Assembly: GCA_041572615.1 (NCBI GenBank)
Contig: JBFFSC010000001.1
Coordinates: forward strand, 6,050 to 70,049
Reading direction: 5' to 3'
DNA from: Sulfurimonadaceae bacterium
GTDB lineage: Bacteria; Campylobacterota; Campylobacteria; Campylobacterales; Sulfurimonadaceae
Length of the DNA: 64,000 bases
Both the position numbers and the translations under genes were made by a program. The notes under the pieces are model-generated. The model was not told the origin of the DNA. It did no database searches and was given only the letters and a program-made list of their open reading frames with translations. Of the stretch, positions 37,452 to 48,480 are shown in pieces. The first letter of the stretch is position 1. Every line of letters starts with the position of its first letter.

Positions 37452-38576
37452 ATGAAGACACCATCGGATTCATTGCCATTTCAATATAAGGAAACCTACT
37501 TGAAAGAGACACTTAAACCCTACAGAGGGTTCCTGGACATTCTCAAGCATCTTATTCGAAGACCCTCTGTCGTCGGGGCAGAACACCCCTTCTTTCTTTC
37601 TTTAAAACGTGAACTGGACGAGATAGGTATAAAGACCACACTCTATGAAGGCTTACTTGTCGCCCAGGGTGACGATCCTGACAAGGGAATGCTCTCTGCA
37701 CACATTGATCGGCATGGACTGATCTGTACCGGTCCCAATGAGTTTCAGTATGCCGCCTTCATGACTCAAAACCGTGGAGATCTTACCGGAGACTCTATAG
37801 CCGAACAGACCTATATGTCAATTGTAGAACGGTTTAAACAGCAGTCTGTTCAAGCCTATGAACCTTGGTCAGGAAGCTATCTTGGCTTAGGTGTGATCGA
37901 TAATGCTTATATATGTGAACGACGCAAGAACCTTGTCTTTGAAGTCAAAGGGCTTGAGCATCTTTTACCGGGAACCCCTGTCGCTTTTGTCGACACTTTG
38001 GATAATAAAAGCGGTCTCTTGTCTGCACAACTGGATAATGTCATCAGTGCTGCAGTCATCATCTATCTTTATAAATCCGGCTATCAAGGGACAGCCTTCT
38101 TTACTGCACAGGAAGAGTCCGGCAAGAGCTGGCGCTTTCTATTGGAGTGGTTTCGCCGCTTTAATCAGAGCACTGACCGTCTTCTTGTGCTTGACACCAG
38201 TCCCTACCCTACACGAGAAGAAGCCGAAAGCCAGCACCTTGTCCTGCGTCATTGCGATGCCAATGCGACATTTGATTCACCTTTGAACACAGAGATAGAA
38301 GCCCTTTGTTCCAGGCTCAACATCACCCACAGCTATAAGGATACCTATTTAAAAACAGAGAATGAAAAACGCCTTGCCGAAGGGAAAAAAGAGAACTCCC
38401 TGGGCAGTACCGAGATGGGACGCATTATTGCAGCCAGCGAGGGTTCCATACAGGGCACCACACTGCAGATACCCACTACGGGATACCATACCACCGCAGA
38501 GACCGCTTCTGTCGAGTCCGTTGCCAAAATGCTGGAGCTGCTCAAACTTATGTATATCCATCCAGAGTCCACATGA
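37452..38576 (+). CDS. putative metallopeptidase (M42/M20-like metal-ligand pattern)
   Basis: Ordered H-D-EE-D-H pattern: SAHIDRHG, LDNVISAA, AQEESGKS, VLDTSP, TTGYHT. Otherwise poorly recognisable. ATG 37452 is preferred over TTG 37434. Confidence 0.4.
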   Translation: MKTPSDSLPFQYKETYLKETLKPYRGFLDILKHLIRRPSVVGAEHPFFLSLKRELDEIGIKTTLYEGLLVAQGDDPDKGMLSAHIDRHGLICTGPNEFQYAAFMTQNRGDLTGDSIAEQTYMSIVERFKQQSVQAYEPWSGSYLGLGVIDNAYICERRKNLVFEVKGLEHLLPGTPVAFVDTLDNKSGLLSAQLDNVISAAVIIYLYKSGYQGTAFFTAQEESGKSWRFLLEWFRRFNQSTDRLLVLDTSPYPTREEAESQHLVLRHCDANATFDSPLNTEIEALCSRLNITHSYKDTYLKTENEKRLAEGKKENSLGSTEMGRIIAASEGSIQGTTLQIPTTGYHTTAETASVESVAKMLELLKLMYIHPEST

Positions 38577-38639
38577 TGCAAAATCAAAAAAACATCATAA
38601 TCTATCTCCTTCTGATGATTATTTCACTATAATCCTTGA

Positions 38640-39812
38640 ATGGAAACATATATGATGAGACTTTTTAAAGAAGAGACCAGCCATTGGCTGCAGAACTATT
38701 GGGATATCCTTGTCGGTATACTCTCTATTCTCGTAAGTATTCTCCTGCACAAAAGCGGATACGGTTATACTGCCACACTCTTTGCCGCAGCAGGTATTGC
38801 CGCCTTGTCGATGACTGTATCCGAGGTCGCCGAGATACTCTCTGAACGTTTGCAGGAACCTTATGCAAGTTTTGTGTTGACCTTCAGCGCCGTTATCGTC
38901 GAGATCATACTGCTCTATATCATCTTACTTGAAGCACTACACTCTCCTGAAGTCATCGAAACCGTCAAAGGCGGTATTATCTCTGCCGTCATCGTCGACA
39001 TGAATGTACTTCTTGGACTGGCCGTTTTTATCGGCGGCCTTCGGTTTGTAGAACAGGAGCACAACAAGGAAACATCAAGCACCTACACGACGATCCTCCT
39101 CGTAACGTCTGCCGCTTTGCTGGTACCGGGTATTCTCGATCAGACCGAACACGGGAATGAGACGATCAGAGATGTCAGCATACTTATCTCAATTGCATTG
39201 ATGATATTATATATTGTCATCTTCGTCTTTCAAACACGCACACACACCCATTTTTTTCAGGCAACTGCACGCAGCCGTATCTTCAGGATAAAAAGAAAGA
39301 TGCAGGAGTCTTCTGACGAAGAAGAAGATAATGATTCCAGGGTCTACATTTTTGAACGTTTCAACAACCTCTCAAACCTCTTTGTTATCTTCGTCCTGAT
39401 CGCACTCATTGCTTTTGGTGCAGAAGTCTTTGCGGCTGACGGAATCAAAATGGCCAATGACTTTGGTATATCTGCCGGTCTTGCCGGTCTTATCATCGCT
39501 GTTATCAGTGTCTCGCCCGAGATATTTACCGCCGTCAAAGCGGCACGTAACGATCAGATCCAGCGTGTCGTCAATATCGCCATGGGTGCATCAACCGTCT
39601 CTATTTTATTGACCGTGCCTATTTTGATGGGACTGGCATATCTCTCCGGTATCAACTTGATGCTGGATTTCAACCCGCTTCAGATCGGTGCACTGATTGT
39701 GACCATCATATTGGCATGGAAAACAACCGGTGATGGACAGACCAACTATTTCGAGGGGATATCACATCTGATGTTCTTTGTCTGTTATGCCATTATCGCA
39801 GCATATTACTAG
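38640..39812 (+). CDS. cation/proton antiporter, CaCA (ChaA-like) family
   Basis: About 10-11 TM helices in two halves, separated by a charged loop (KMQESSDEEEDNDS). The start could be ATG 38652. Confidence 0.55.
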   Translation: METYMMRLFKEETSHWLQNYWDILVGILSILVSILLHKSGYGYTATLFAAAGIAALSMTVSEVAEILSERLQEPYASFVLTFSAVIVEIILLYIILLEALHSPEVIETVKGGIISAVIVDMNVLLGLAVFIGGLRFVEQEHNKETSSTYTTILLVTSAALLVPGILDQTEHGNETIRDVSILISIALMILYIVIFVFQTRTHTHFFQATARSRIFRIKRKMQESSDEEEDNDSRVYIFERFNNLSNLFVIFVLIALIAFGAEVFAADGIKMANDFGISAGLAGLIIAVISVSPEIFTAVKAARNDQIQRVVNIAMGASTVSILLTVPILMGLAYLSGINLMLDFNPLQIGALIVTIILAWKTTGDGQTNYFEGISHLMFFVCYAIIAAYY

Positions 39813-39822
39813 GAAGGCAGCC

Positions 39823-40746
39823 ATGGATTACCAATCGATACTTGATGAGATTTCCCACGAGATCATCCCCTATCTCAACAGTGGGAAAGTGGCTGATTAC
39901 ATTCCTGCACTCGCCAATGTTAATCCTGAGCAGTTTGCCATGTCGTTGACACTTTTTGACGGAACTCAATACAGCGTCGGAGACGCAGACACCCTTTTTT
40001 CCATACAGAGTATCTCAAAAGTGTTCAGTTTTACACTGGCACTGAACTTCTACAGTACAGACCTTTACAAACGAATAGGCCATGAGCCTTCAGGTAATCC
40101 CTTTAACTCTCTTGTCCAGCTTGAGTATGAACATGGAAAGCCCAGAAATCCCTTTATCAATGCCGGTGCGATCAATGTGACCGATTCACTGATAAGCCAT
40201 TATGGCAGTGCTTCAGACACCTTTGACAATATTTTGGACTTCATTCGCTCTATTTCGGATGAACCATCGATCTCCTCCAATGATATCGTCGCCGCCTCGG
40301 AGATGGAGCACGGGTTCCGGAATCTGGCCCTGGCAAACCTTATGAAGAGTTTTCACAACCTTGACAATGATGTTGAAAAGGTCGTACAGACCTACTTCAA
40401 ACATTGTGCCATCGAGATGAACACGAAGATGCTCTCACGGGCAATGCTCTATCTGGCAAATCACGGTGAAGACCCCATCACACAGGAAGTCTTTATCACT
40501 GCGCAGCAGGCTAAGCGTATCAATGCCGTTATGCTCACCTGCGGACATTATGATGCTTCAGGAGACTTTGCCTTTCATGTCGGTTTACCGGGGAAAAGTG
40601 GTGTTGGAGGAGGTATTGTTGCCGTTATCCCCAAGACAATGGGCCTTTGTGTCTGGTCTCCGGGACTTAACGCTCAAGGAAATTCCCTTGTAGGAACGAT
40701 GGCACTTGAACTCTTTACGACAAAGACGGGTCTCTCTATTTTCTGA
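39823..40746 (+). CDS. glsA: glutaminase A
   Basis: GKVADYIPALA, SISKVF (Ser-x-x-Lys), NAGAI, GKSGVGGGI. Start MDYQSILDE follows AGGAAGG. Confidence 0.9.
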   Translation: MDYQSILDEISHEIIPYLNSGKVADYIPALANVNPEQFAMSLTLFDGTQYSVGDADTLFSIQSISKVFSFTLALNFYSTDLYKRIGHEPSGNPFNSLVQLEYEHGKPRNPFINAGAINVTDSLISHYGSASDTFDNILDFIRSISDEPSISSNDIVAASEMEHGFRNLALANLMKSFHNLDNDVEKVVQTYFKHCAIEMNTKMLSRAMLYLANHGEDPITQEVFITAQQAKRINAVMLTCGHYDASGDFAFHVGLPGKSGVGGGIVAVIPKTMGLCVWSPGLNAQGNSLVGTMALELFTTKTGLSIF

Positions 40747-40753
40747 TAAAGGC

Positions 40754-41236
40754 CTATCCTATCTTGACAACAGGCTTTTGAAGCAGCAGGTTGTTTGGAT
40801 ACATGACAATGTTATTTTCATTGTCTCTTAATTCGATCTGGAACAGGGCTATCTCTTTGATCGTTCCCTCTATCGTATTATCAGCATCGATGATTCTTAT
40901 CTTATCCCCGACACGCGCTGGAAAGGTAAAAAATATGATGATACTGGCTGTGATATTGCTCAGTATTGACCACTGTGCGAACAAAGCTACCCCGATAATG
41001 GCAAAAATCGATGAGGCAAAAACAGACACCCCTTTCATGTCGACACTCCAGATAAATGCCAAAGCGACCAGGGCAGTCAATACAAAAAGGACTTCAAACA
41101 CTTTTTCAACATAAAAGAGTCTTTTGTCAGAGACACTTTTTCGTTTTGCAATTTTATTCAGGATACGTTTGAACAACCGTACACTGACATAGGTCAGGAG
41201 AACAGTCACGACACTCCATGCGATACTGTATGTCAT
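40754..41236 (-). CDS. small MscS-family mechanosensitive channel protein
   Basis: 160 aa with three TM helices, then ILSNITASIIIFFTFPARVGDKIRI, the MscS pore-helix/beta-domain junction. Confidence 0.7.
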   Translation of the reverse strand: MTYSIAWSVVTVLLTYVSVRLFKRILNKIAKRKSVSDKRLFYVEKVFEVLFVLTALVALAFIWSVDMKGVSVFASSIFAIIGVALFAQWSILSNITASIIIFFTFPARVGDKIRIIDADNTIEGTIKEIALFQIELRDNENNIVMYPNNLLLQKPVVKIG

Positions 41237-41270
41237 ATTCCTACTCCTTCAATGCCATGAATTGCTTGGA

Positions 41271-41642
41271 TCATTTTTCAATCTTCTCCGGGCTAAACCT
41301 CATCGTAATATACCGAAAGATAAACAAAACGGTAATAATACCCAATATTGAGGCTATCTTCGCAAAGTCAAACTTATCCGTGACAATAAGCAGTATGTCC
41401 CGTATGAAGAAGACAATCGTCGAATCTATCATCAACCGCAATTTTATACGGTTCTCGTCACTGAAAAGAAACTCCACAAGCATTCGGACGAGTTCCAGGA
41501 TAATAATAAACTCCAACAGTGCAACAGCCAGCTTTGAAAACGAGGTGATCTGTCCAAGGTCTTTGACCATAAGAAACAACACAAGTGTAATAAAAAACTT
41601 AATAAACACAGGTGCTTTCTTCAGCGTAAAATATTGCCTCAT
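41271..41642 (-). CDS. PsiE-like small membrane protein
   Basis: 123 aa with four hydrophobic helices. IIILELVRMLVEFL resembles the PsiE family core. Low-information call. Confidence 0.45.
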   Translation of the reverse strand: MRQYFTLKKAPVFIKFFITLVLFLMVKDLGQITSFSKLAVALLEFIIILELVRMLVEFLFSDENRIKLRLMIDSTIVFFIRDILLIVTDKFDFAKIASILGIITVLFIFRYITMRFSPEKIEK

Positions 41643-41713
41643 ATTTATCCTTTAATATTTGAGAAATTATACTCTATTTCGCTACAATATATGACTAATC
41701 AAATGGGGAAAAA

Positions 41714-42505
41714 ATGGAACATCTGGAAAGATTAATCGACAATCTTCACCTTGAAGATCTTCGCAATGAACTGCACCCTTCTATCTTTGATGAGAATGAA
41801 GGATACGATATGTTCATCCTGCGTCTTCCTGTCATAGGCAATGTACTTGAAATCCGCTCAATGGGATTTATTATCACTCCCGAACACAGCTATACCTATG
41901 ACAGAGAAGAAAAGGTGTTCAAAGAACTCAAAGGACGTTTTGATGGTCCTCACGCTGTTGTGGACAAAGTGGCCGATCGCCTCTTGAGTTCTTTTGTAAA
42001 ATATCAAGACCTGACTGTAGATATGGAGGAGACCCTCTATCTGGACAAGCACATCGATAGTTTCATGACAGACTGGCTTGGTCTGAAACGTGATATCCTT
42101 CGTATCGAACGTGTGCTTATACACGCTTCCGACACACTGACACGGTTCATTGAGTATTACGAGAAGACAGAGAACTTTCCCGTCAATCATTATGTGGACC
42201 TGCATGAGCATATTGACCGGACCAAGCGCGCCGCAGCATTGCAGCTTTCTAAGCTTGATTACCTCTACAGCTTCTACAGCGCGCGGACCAATGAGAAGAT
42301 GAATCGCCTGATCTATTTTTTGACTATCATATCAGCTATCTTTTTGCCATTGAACCTTGTCGTCGGTTTTTTCGGCATGAACACCAGCGGCCTTCCTTTT
42401 GCAGAAGGAAGTTCCGGAACACTCAGTGCCGTCACATTGATGCTATCTCTGGTGATCATCACCTCGCTTGTTTTCTATATATGGCATCTCAAGACGGAGA
42501 GGTGA
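41714..42505 (+). CDS. CorA-family divalent cation transporter (short form)
   Basis: C-terminal TM pair with the FFGMNTSGLPF (GMN) motif. 263 aa. Confidence 0.75.
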   Translation: MEHLERLIDNLHLEDLRNELHPSIFDENEGYDMFILRLPVIGNVLEIRSMGFIITPEHSYTYDREEKVFKELKGRFDGPHAVVDKVADRLLSSFVKYQDLTVDMEETLYLDKHIDSFMTDWLGLKRDILRIERVLIHASDTLTRFIEYYEKTENFPVNHYVDLHEHIDRTKRAAALQLSKLDYLYSFYSARTNEKMNRLIYFLTIISAIFLPLNLVVGFFGMNTSGLPFAEGSSGTLSAVTLMLSLVIITSLVFYIWHLKTER

Positions 42506-42573
42506 TAGGTCTCATATATAACGGCATTAAAAATTGACTTTGCCCTTAACGCCCTGCTGATAGAAGGTTCCAT

Positions 42574-44265
42574 ATGAAACGCATAGGTATGTTTTTGTTT
42601 TGTTTTGCCACCGTTGTGTTTGCAGAACTCTTTCCTGTCATTTTTGAAGGGAATACGGAAATAGATGAACGTGAACTCTACACTGCAATAAACCTCGATA
42701 AGCCTTATGTCTATGAGTTTTGGAAAAAAGAGGCAGCGCTAAGCCCTGATACAGCTGTCCTGTTAGTTGATACCATCAAAAACTTCTACCGCTCCAAAGG
42801 TTTTTTTCATACAACACTCACCCATACGTTTGACAACAAAAAGATCACTATCACCATAGAAGAAGGTCTGCCGGTACGCATTTCCGATATCACAAGGATA
42901 TCGACGCTTGACATACATGCACTTATTCCATTTGAAAAAGGCGACATTTTTGACACCGTAAAGTTTGATGAAAGTAAAAAGGCACTCAAGCTCCTTTATG
43001 CTGATCAAGGCTATTGTAATGCAGAGGTTGAGGCAAAGGCCTGGGTAGATATTGAGACACACCTTGCCTATCTCAACTACGAGGTCATACCCAATGATTT
43101 ATGTTATTTCGGTCCCATCACTGTCTCTTCATCTGAACACATTGATGCTGATATCATCCATTCACTTTTATATATCCAGGAGAACGAGCCTTTTTCCACC
43201 AGAGAAGTTCGTCGGAGTTATCAAAGTCTTTACGGACATGAAGGTATAAGCAAGGCCATTATCGATACACAGTCACAGAACACAGTCTCACCGGTCAGCG
43301 TAACGATCACCGAGAACGAAAAACCTGTCCGTTTTCAGACCGGTGTGGGTATTAGCAGTGATGAGGGAGCGATGTTCTCGATCGGAATCAAGCACCGCAA
43401 CCTTTTTGGCAATTTGAAAACACTCAGCCTCAGCAGCCGGATCACGGAGATCAAAAAAAGCATAAAGAGCAACTTTGACATGCCCCTTGAGAACAGAGAC
43501 TCTTTCGGGGCCGAGATAGGCTTTGAGAATGAACGCTTCATCGGTTTCAGGGAAGAGCGTCACTTCGGAAGTCTATATCTCAAACAAAGAGACATCCCCC
43601 ATATGTTTCAGGAGAGTCTCATCTTTGACAACACAATAACCTATGACAGTGACGATTCACTCCTTTTTCCCGAAGGAAAACTCTTTGTCCTCTCTCCAAA
43701 ACTGCAATGGAACTATGATACCAGAGATAATATCCTCAATCCGACACAGGGATATTTTCTTCGCTCTGAGTTAATGGGTTCGCTTCAGTCCGAAATCTCT
43801 GATGCTTCCTATTACAAGTATCTGATCTCAGGCGGATATATCATCTCTCTTTCGCCTTCTGTGATTGCTCTTAAAGTCGATTTCGGGTCACTTAGACTCT
43901 ATGACGGTGACATCCCTGCATCATATCGTTTTTTTACCGGTGGTATGCACAGCAACAGGGCATACGGCTACCGTGAGCTTGGCCCAACGAACGCTAAGGG
44001 GGATCCTATCGGATCTGATTCTGTCTTGGAGACCACGGCTGAATACCGTTTCCCTCTCTACGGCAATTTCAGAGGTGTCATATTCAATGACAATACTTTT
44101 ATAGGTAACAGCTATTATCCTGATTATGACCAAGGCTACTACTCGGCAGGGGTCGGTCTGCGTTATGCTACACCTATTGGCGCTATTGCCATAGACTTTG
44201 GATTTGATATTGAAGACCCGACAGAACAGTACGCACTGCATTTTCATATCGGAGAGCTATTTTGA
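42574..44265 (+). CDS. tamA: Omp85-family outer-membrane protein, TamA/BamA-like
   Basis: Signal peptide, POTRA-like repeats, a C-terminal beta-barrel ending in ...HFHIGELF (terminal Phe), followed by a tamB-like gene. Confidence 0.75.
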   Translation: MKRIGMFLFCFATVVFAELFPVIFEGNTEIDERELYTAINLDKPYVYEFWKKEAALSPDTAVLLVDTIKNFYRSKGFFHTTLTHTFDNKKITITIEEGLPVRISDITRISTLDIHALIPFEKGDIFDTVKFDESKKALKLLYADQGYCNAEVEAKAWVDIETHLAYLNYEVIPNDLCYFGPITVSSSEHIDADIIHSLLYIQENEPFSTREVRRSYQSLYGHEGISKAIIDTQSQNTVSPVSVTITENEKPVRFQTGVGISSDEGAMFSIGIKHRNLFGNLKTLSLSSRITEIKKSIKSNFDMPLENRDSFGAEIGFENERFIGFREERHFGSLYLKQRDIPHMFQESLIFDNTITYDSDDSLLFPEGKLFVLSPKLQWNYDTRDNILNPTQGYFLRSELMGSLQSEISDASYYKYLISGGYIISLSPSVIALKVDFGSLRLYDGDIPASYRFFTGGMHSNRAYGYRELGPTNAKGDPIGSDSVLETTAEYRFPLYGNFRGVIFNDNTFIGNSYYPDYDQGYYSAGVGLRYATPIGAIAIDFGFDIEDPTEQYALHFHIGELF

Positions 44266-47030
44266 TGCGTATCACTTACCTCTTCGTCTATTACCTGATG
44301 ATATTTCTCCTTGCTCTTTCAACAGCCGGGATCATCATTGCTGCACATCCGAAGACACTACCCTACCTGGCTCAAAAACTGTTAAATGACAATGGGGTTT
44401 CCTACAGCCATATTAATGGCTCATTACTTGACGGTATAATCCTTCATGATATCAAGTACCATGAAGCCGTTTCCATTAGTCGTCTGGAATTGAAATACAA
44501 CCTCTTTATGCTACTACGGCCCAGGCCGAAATTTACAAGGCTTATCCTGTCAGATGCCCTGATCGTGCCTGATAAATTTCAGCACGACAAAGCGAGTCCG
44601 GATGGTTTTGAAATACCGACTTTTTCACTTTCGGAACTGATACTTGAAAACACCCGTCTATTTATTGATGATGAGAGTCTCAAGCTTGACCTGCTTGCTT
44701 CACAACTCGATTACCAAGAGATGCTTGATGTAAATAAAATCGATCTTGTCTTGACCACCTCCTACGGTGATCTAAAAGCACAGGGGCATATCAATTCAAA
44801 CAAACTTTATACAAAGGGTTCACTAGCACCAAAAGAACACCTTATTGAAGAGTATCTCAGTTCTTTCGAGATGATTAAAAAAACACTCGATATAGAGATA
44901 GAAGCTGATGCGGATAAGATCCTACTTCAAACACACCTTTCAGAGATAAAGCCCAAAGATCATAACGCCAGTCTAAGCAATGCTGATATCACACTGAACT
45001 ATCTTTCCAACACCAATCATTTTGATCTAAAGGCGAGATACCAACTTGCCTATGAAGGGTTTAGAGCCATGATAATGCATCATGGCATCTTTAGTACTGC
45101 AGGCGATTTTAAAACAGATATGAACGCGACAGTGACAGACAGCCCTCTTGCCCTCCCCTTTGATAAATTCCGTGCTACAGCATCAGGAGATGCAAAGAGT
45201 ATGAGAGGCCACCTTACTGCCGGAGCACTGCAGTTTAAACTCACTACAAGCAACTATGAACAGTTTCATATCCATACCACCAGCAAAGGCCTCTCCCTTT
45301 CATTCATACCATCGCTCCCTGAGCTCTTCAGTAAGAACAGTATTGTAATCGATACGGATGCAAATCTTCAGGTGGCTCCCTTCTCTCTTAAAGGGGTATT
45401 TGATGCCGAAGGCTTATACAATGTCTATAAAGGTGGCTTTGAGATAAGTACAGATGCCTTCTCTCTTTCCAATACATTGACACCCAAACCGAAATCAAAA
45501 CTGTGGGCTGAGTACCCGATCGAGCAGTTCTCTCCTGTGAACATTCTGTATTACAAAGACAATGAGCAAAATATCCTTGGCCTCAATGCGAAACGATTTA
45601 ACCTTACCCTCTTTAAATCAGGTGCTTACTTGAATGGCTGGGGTAATCTAGGTTCAGGATATTTCGATACCAATGGCAAAATCACAGACATGAACACAAC
45701 CCGCCTTACCTTGAGAGCCACCATACCTTCCGTGCATAAACTGATGTCAGAACTCGGTTACCAGACTCCGGATGAGAAAGTACTCTTTGATGCAAAAGCA
45801 GGCATTGATGCCACTATAGAACTCTCTGATGACATAAATGTCAAAAGTCGTATTCATCTGCCATGGTATACCTTCCAGGCTGACACACAAAACAGTTATC
45901 AGGGAGAGAACCTCTATCTTGAATCGACACTGATCGATGAGAAGTTGACCGTCGATCGATATAACCTTGATATTAAAGGATATAAAATATATTCCCAGCG
46001 ACCTTCACAAATTACTTTTGATACGAACGGCAGCTTGATACTAGATGAATTTTGGGTCTACGACAACCTTCTTGTCAGTGGAAAGATAGACCCATCACAG
46101 CGGCAAGGCGAACTACACCTTAAAAGCAATCGCTTCAATTATGACAGTAAAGAAGGGAACATCACCCTGAAAGCCGATATAACAGCAAGTCTAAAAAACA
46201 ACGCAGAGCAACATATAGAAGGTGAAATAACCCTTTTGGATGGCACAATCACCTATGAGCCAAAAACAGATTACACACTTTCCGATGATGTACTTATCAT
46301 ACAGGACATCAAGCCCCTCAACAATGTCAAACGTTTTGTGAATATCCGTATCAATTCACTAAGGCCGATACGCTACAAAACCAAAGAAATAAACCTTCGT
46401 TTCACACCTAATGTCATACTGTGGCAGGACAGTGGAACACCCTTAGGTATCTATGGCATAGTGACAATCGATGAGGGTCAGGTCATAAGCGGAACACGGG
46501 TGTTTGATTTTGACAAGAGTGAGATATACTTTAACGGGGCCAACCCTGTCAATCCCTATCTGAATCTTAATATGCAGTATCAGACAGTTGACAAGATCGA
46601 TATTCAGATATACATTACCGATAAAATGAGTGCGCCCGTGATCATCTTGACATCAACACCGCCGATGAGCCAAAACGATATCATGTCCTATATTCTTTTT
46701 GATGAACCGGCCTCTTCAGCCTTCGGCAGCTCAACAGAAGGGAGCAAAACGCTCTCTTTAAGCTCTTTAATGCTGGCTACCGGACTCAAGCAAATATTTA
46801 ATGACACGACAAACGTCAAGATAGACACACTCAATATTCTGACAAACAAGGAGGGTACACTGGGTTATGAGATAGGAACGCGGTTTAATAAGAATATCAG
46901 AGTACTCTATAAGAACGATACGGTATCAAGTGTCATTGTGCAGTACAGTCTCAATCGATCAATCAGACTTGATGTCGATGTACATGAGACCGGACAGGGA
47001 ATCAGCATTTTGTATGTCAAGGACTTTTAA
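44265..47030 (+). CDS. tamB: translocation and assembly module protein TamB-like (DUF490 C-terminus)
   Basis: The ATG overlaps the tamA stop (TGATG). N-terminal TM anchor, a long beta-rich body, and a C-terminal region typical in position for DUF490. Confidence 0.7.
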   Translation: MRITYLFVYYLMIFLLALSTAGIIIAAHPKTLPYLAQKLLNDNGVSYSHINGSLLDGIILHDIKYHEAVSISRLELKYNLFMLLRPRPKFTRLILSDALIVPDKFQHDKASPDGFEIPTFSLSELILENTRLFIDDESLKLDLLASQLDYQEMLDVNKIDLVLTTSYGDLKAQGHINSNKLYTKGSLAPKEHLIEEYLSSFEMIKKTLDIEIEADADKILLQTHLSEIKPKDHNASLSNADITLNYLSNTNHFDLKARYQLAYEGFRAMIMHHGIFSTAGDFKTDMNATVTDSPLALPFDKFRATASGDAKSMRGHLTAGALQFKLTTSNYEQFHIHTTSKGLSLSFIPSLPELFSKNSIVIDTDANLQVAPFSLKGVFDAEGLYNVYKGGFEISTDAFSLSNTLTPKPKSKLWAEYPIEQFSPVNILYYKDNEQNILGLNAKRFNLTLFKSGAYLNGWGNLGSGYFDTNGKITDMNTTRLTLRATIPSVHKLMSELGYQTPDEKVLFDAKAGIDATIELSDDINVKSRIHLPWYTFQADTQNSYQGENLYLESTLIDEKLTVDRYNLDIKGYKIYSQRPSQITFDTNGSLILDEFWVYDNLLVSGKIDPSQRQGELHLKSNRFNYDSKEGNITLKADITASLKNNAEQHIEGEITLLDGTITYEPKTDYTLSDDVLIIQDIKPLNNVKRFVNIRINSLRPIRYKTKEINLRFTPNVILWQDSGTPLGIYGIVTIDEGQVISGTRVFDFDKSEIYFNGANPVNPYLNLNMQYQTVDKIDIQIYITDKMSAPVIILTSTPPMSQNDIMSYILFDEPASSAFGSSTEGSKTLSLSSLMLATGLKQIFNDTTNVKIDTLNILTNKEGTLGYEIGTRFNKNIRVLYKNDTVSSVIVQYSLNRSIRLDVDVHETGQGISILYVKDF

Positions 47031-47956
47031 GCCCCGATCTTGTCCTTTGGTGCACGTTTTCGTTTTTTCACCCCATCATCCGGCGTGACATTTTTACCGA
47101 TAAAGTCCATAATCTTTCCGGCAATATCGATCCCCGTAGCTTTTTCAATACCTTCAAGACCCGGTGAAGAGTTGACCTCCATCACCAAAGGACCGCGTTT
47201 TGACTCGATCATATCAACACCACAGACACCCAGTCCCATCGCTTTGGCTGCAGCAACGGCAGTCGACTTTTCTTTGCGTGTCAGCTTATGCACCTTGGCA
47301 CTGCCACCTTGATGCAGGTTTGAACGAAAGTCACCTTCTGCACCTTGACGTTTCATGGCACCGACGACTTCACCGTCTACGACAATCGCACGGATATCAG
47401 AACCGCCTGCTTCTTCGATGAACTCCTGGACCAACAAGTTGACATCCATCCCGTAAAAAGCATCCAGGACAGATTTTGCCGCCTTTTGTGTCTCGACCAG
47501 GACCACTCCGACGCCTTGTGTTCCTTCCAGGATCTTAAGCACTAATGGTGTTCCGCCACCTAACTTGATAATATCTTTTGCATCGGACTTATTCGAGGCG
47601 AAGACTGTCTTTGGCATATCGACACCATACTTAGAAAGGATCTGAAGACTGCGCAGCTTGTCTCGTGAACGTGATATCGCCAGAGAACCTGCGACACTGA
47701 ATGCCCCCATCACTTCAAGGTGGCGCACCATCGCTGTACCGTAAAAGGTTCGACTTGCTCCAATACGTGGAACGATAGCATCAGGTACAGGAAGTGCTTC
47801 GCCATCATAATGGATTTTCAACTCACCTTTCATGATTTCAACACTGAACTTAAGATAATCAAGGACACGTACATCCCAGCCTTTGGCTTCTGCAGCTTCG
47901 ACAAGTCTTTGCGTAGAATAGAGTGATGAGTTTCTTGATAATATATAGACTTTCAT
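47027..47956 (-). CDS. rimK: RimK-type ATP-grasp alpha-L-glutamate ligase
   Basis: [40 protein letters not shown]. Basic C-terminal tail. Confidence 0.9.
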   Translation of the reverse strand: MKVYILSRNSSLYSTQRLVEAAEAKGWDVRVLDYLKFSVEIMKGELKIHYDGEALPVPDAIVPRIGASRTFYGTAMVRHLEVMGAFSVAGSLAISRSRDKLRSLQILSKYGVDMPKTVFASNKSDAKDIIKLGGGTPLVLKILEGTQGVGVVLVETQKAAKSVLDAFYGMDVNLLVQEFIEEAGGSDIRAIVVDGEVVGAMKRQGAEGDFRSNLHQGGSAKVHKLTRKEKSTAVAAAKAMGLGVCGVDMIESKRGPLVMEVNSSPGLEGIEKATGIDIAGKIMDFIGKNVTPDDGVKKRKRAPKDKIGA

Positions 47957-47959
47957 TTT

Positions 47960-48379
47960 TTAAACCTTTTCCGTTTCTGTATGCTGGTACTGTAAAGAGA
48001 CATCGACAAGAAAACGACCCTGAAGATACTTTCTTCCGATCAACATAGGATACTTCATATCTTTACGATCTGTCAAGGAGAGTTCTGCTTCATAGCTTCT
48101 TCCTGACATCTCAATAGTCGTTTTGACAAAGATACGTTCTTCAATTTTTCCATTTGAGCTCTTAACGTTTTTGACCTTGAACACCGGCATCGTGATATGT
48201 TGTTTACAGTAATCAGGGTGCGTCTCGTCAAGAAGGTTAAAACTGACTGTGCCGTCATCATTCAGATGAATAGCTTCACAATGAATTGAACTTCCATACG
48301 CACCGGTATCGATTTTTGCATCGATATCAAAAAAATTTAAATCCGGTAAGGCGACATACTCATTCCTACCAATAATCAA
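47960..48379 (-). CDS. DUF785 / retropepsin-like protease (annotated elsewhere as putative ATP-dependent zinc protease, RimB-like)
   Basis: GRNEYVALPDLNFFDIDAKIDTGAYGSSIHC matches the Zn_protease (PF05618) N-terminal signature. 3 nt upstream of rimK. Confidence 0.7.
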   Translation of the reverse strand: MIIGRNEYVALPDLNFFDIDAKIDTGAYGSSIHCEAIHLNDDGTVSFNLLDETHPDYCKQHITMPVFKVKNVKSSNGKIEERIFVKTTIEMSGRSYEAELSLTDRKDMKYPMLIGRKYLQGRFLVDVSLQYQHTETEKV

Positions 48380-48480
48380 CTTTTCAATAACCTGTCCTTT
48401 TTATTGTACATATGATAATATTATACACTTTAAACGCGGTTTTTTTTTACTGTAATAACTCAATATAATGGAAAATAGAG

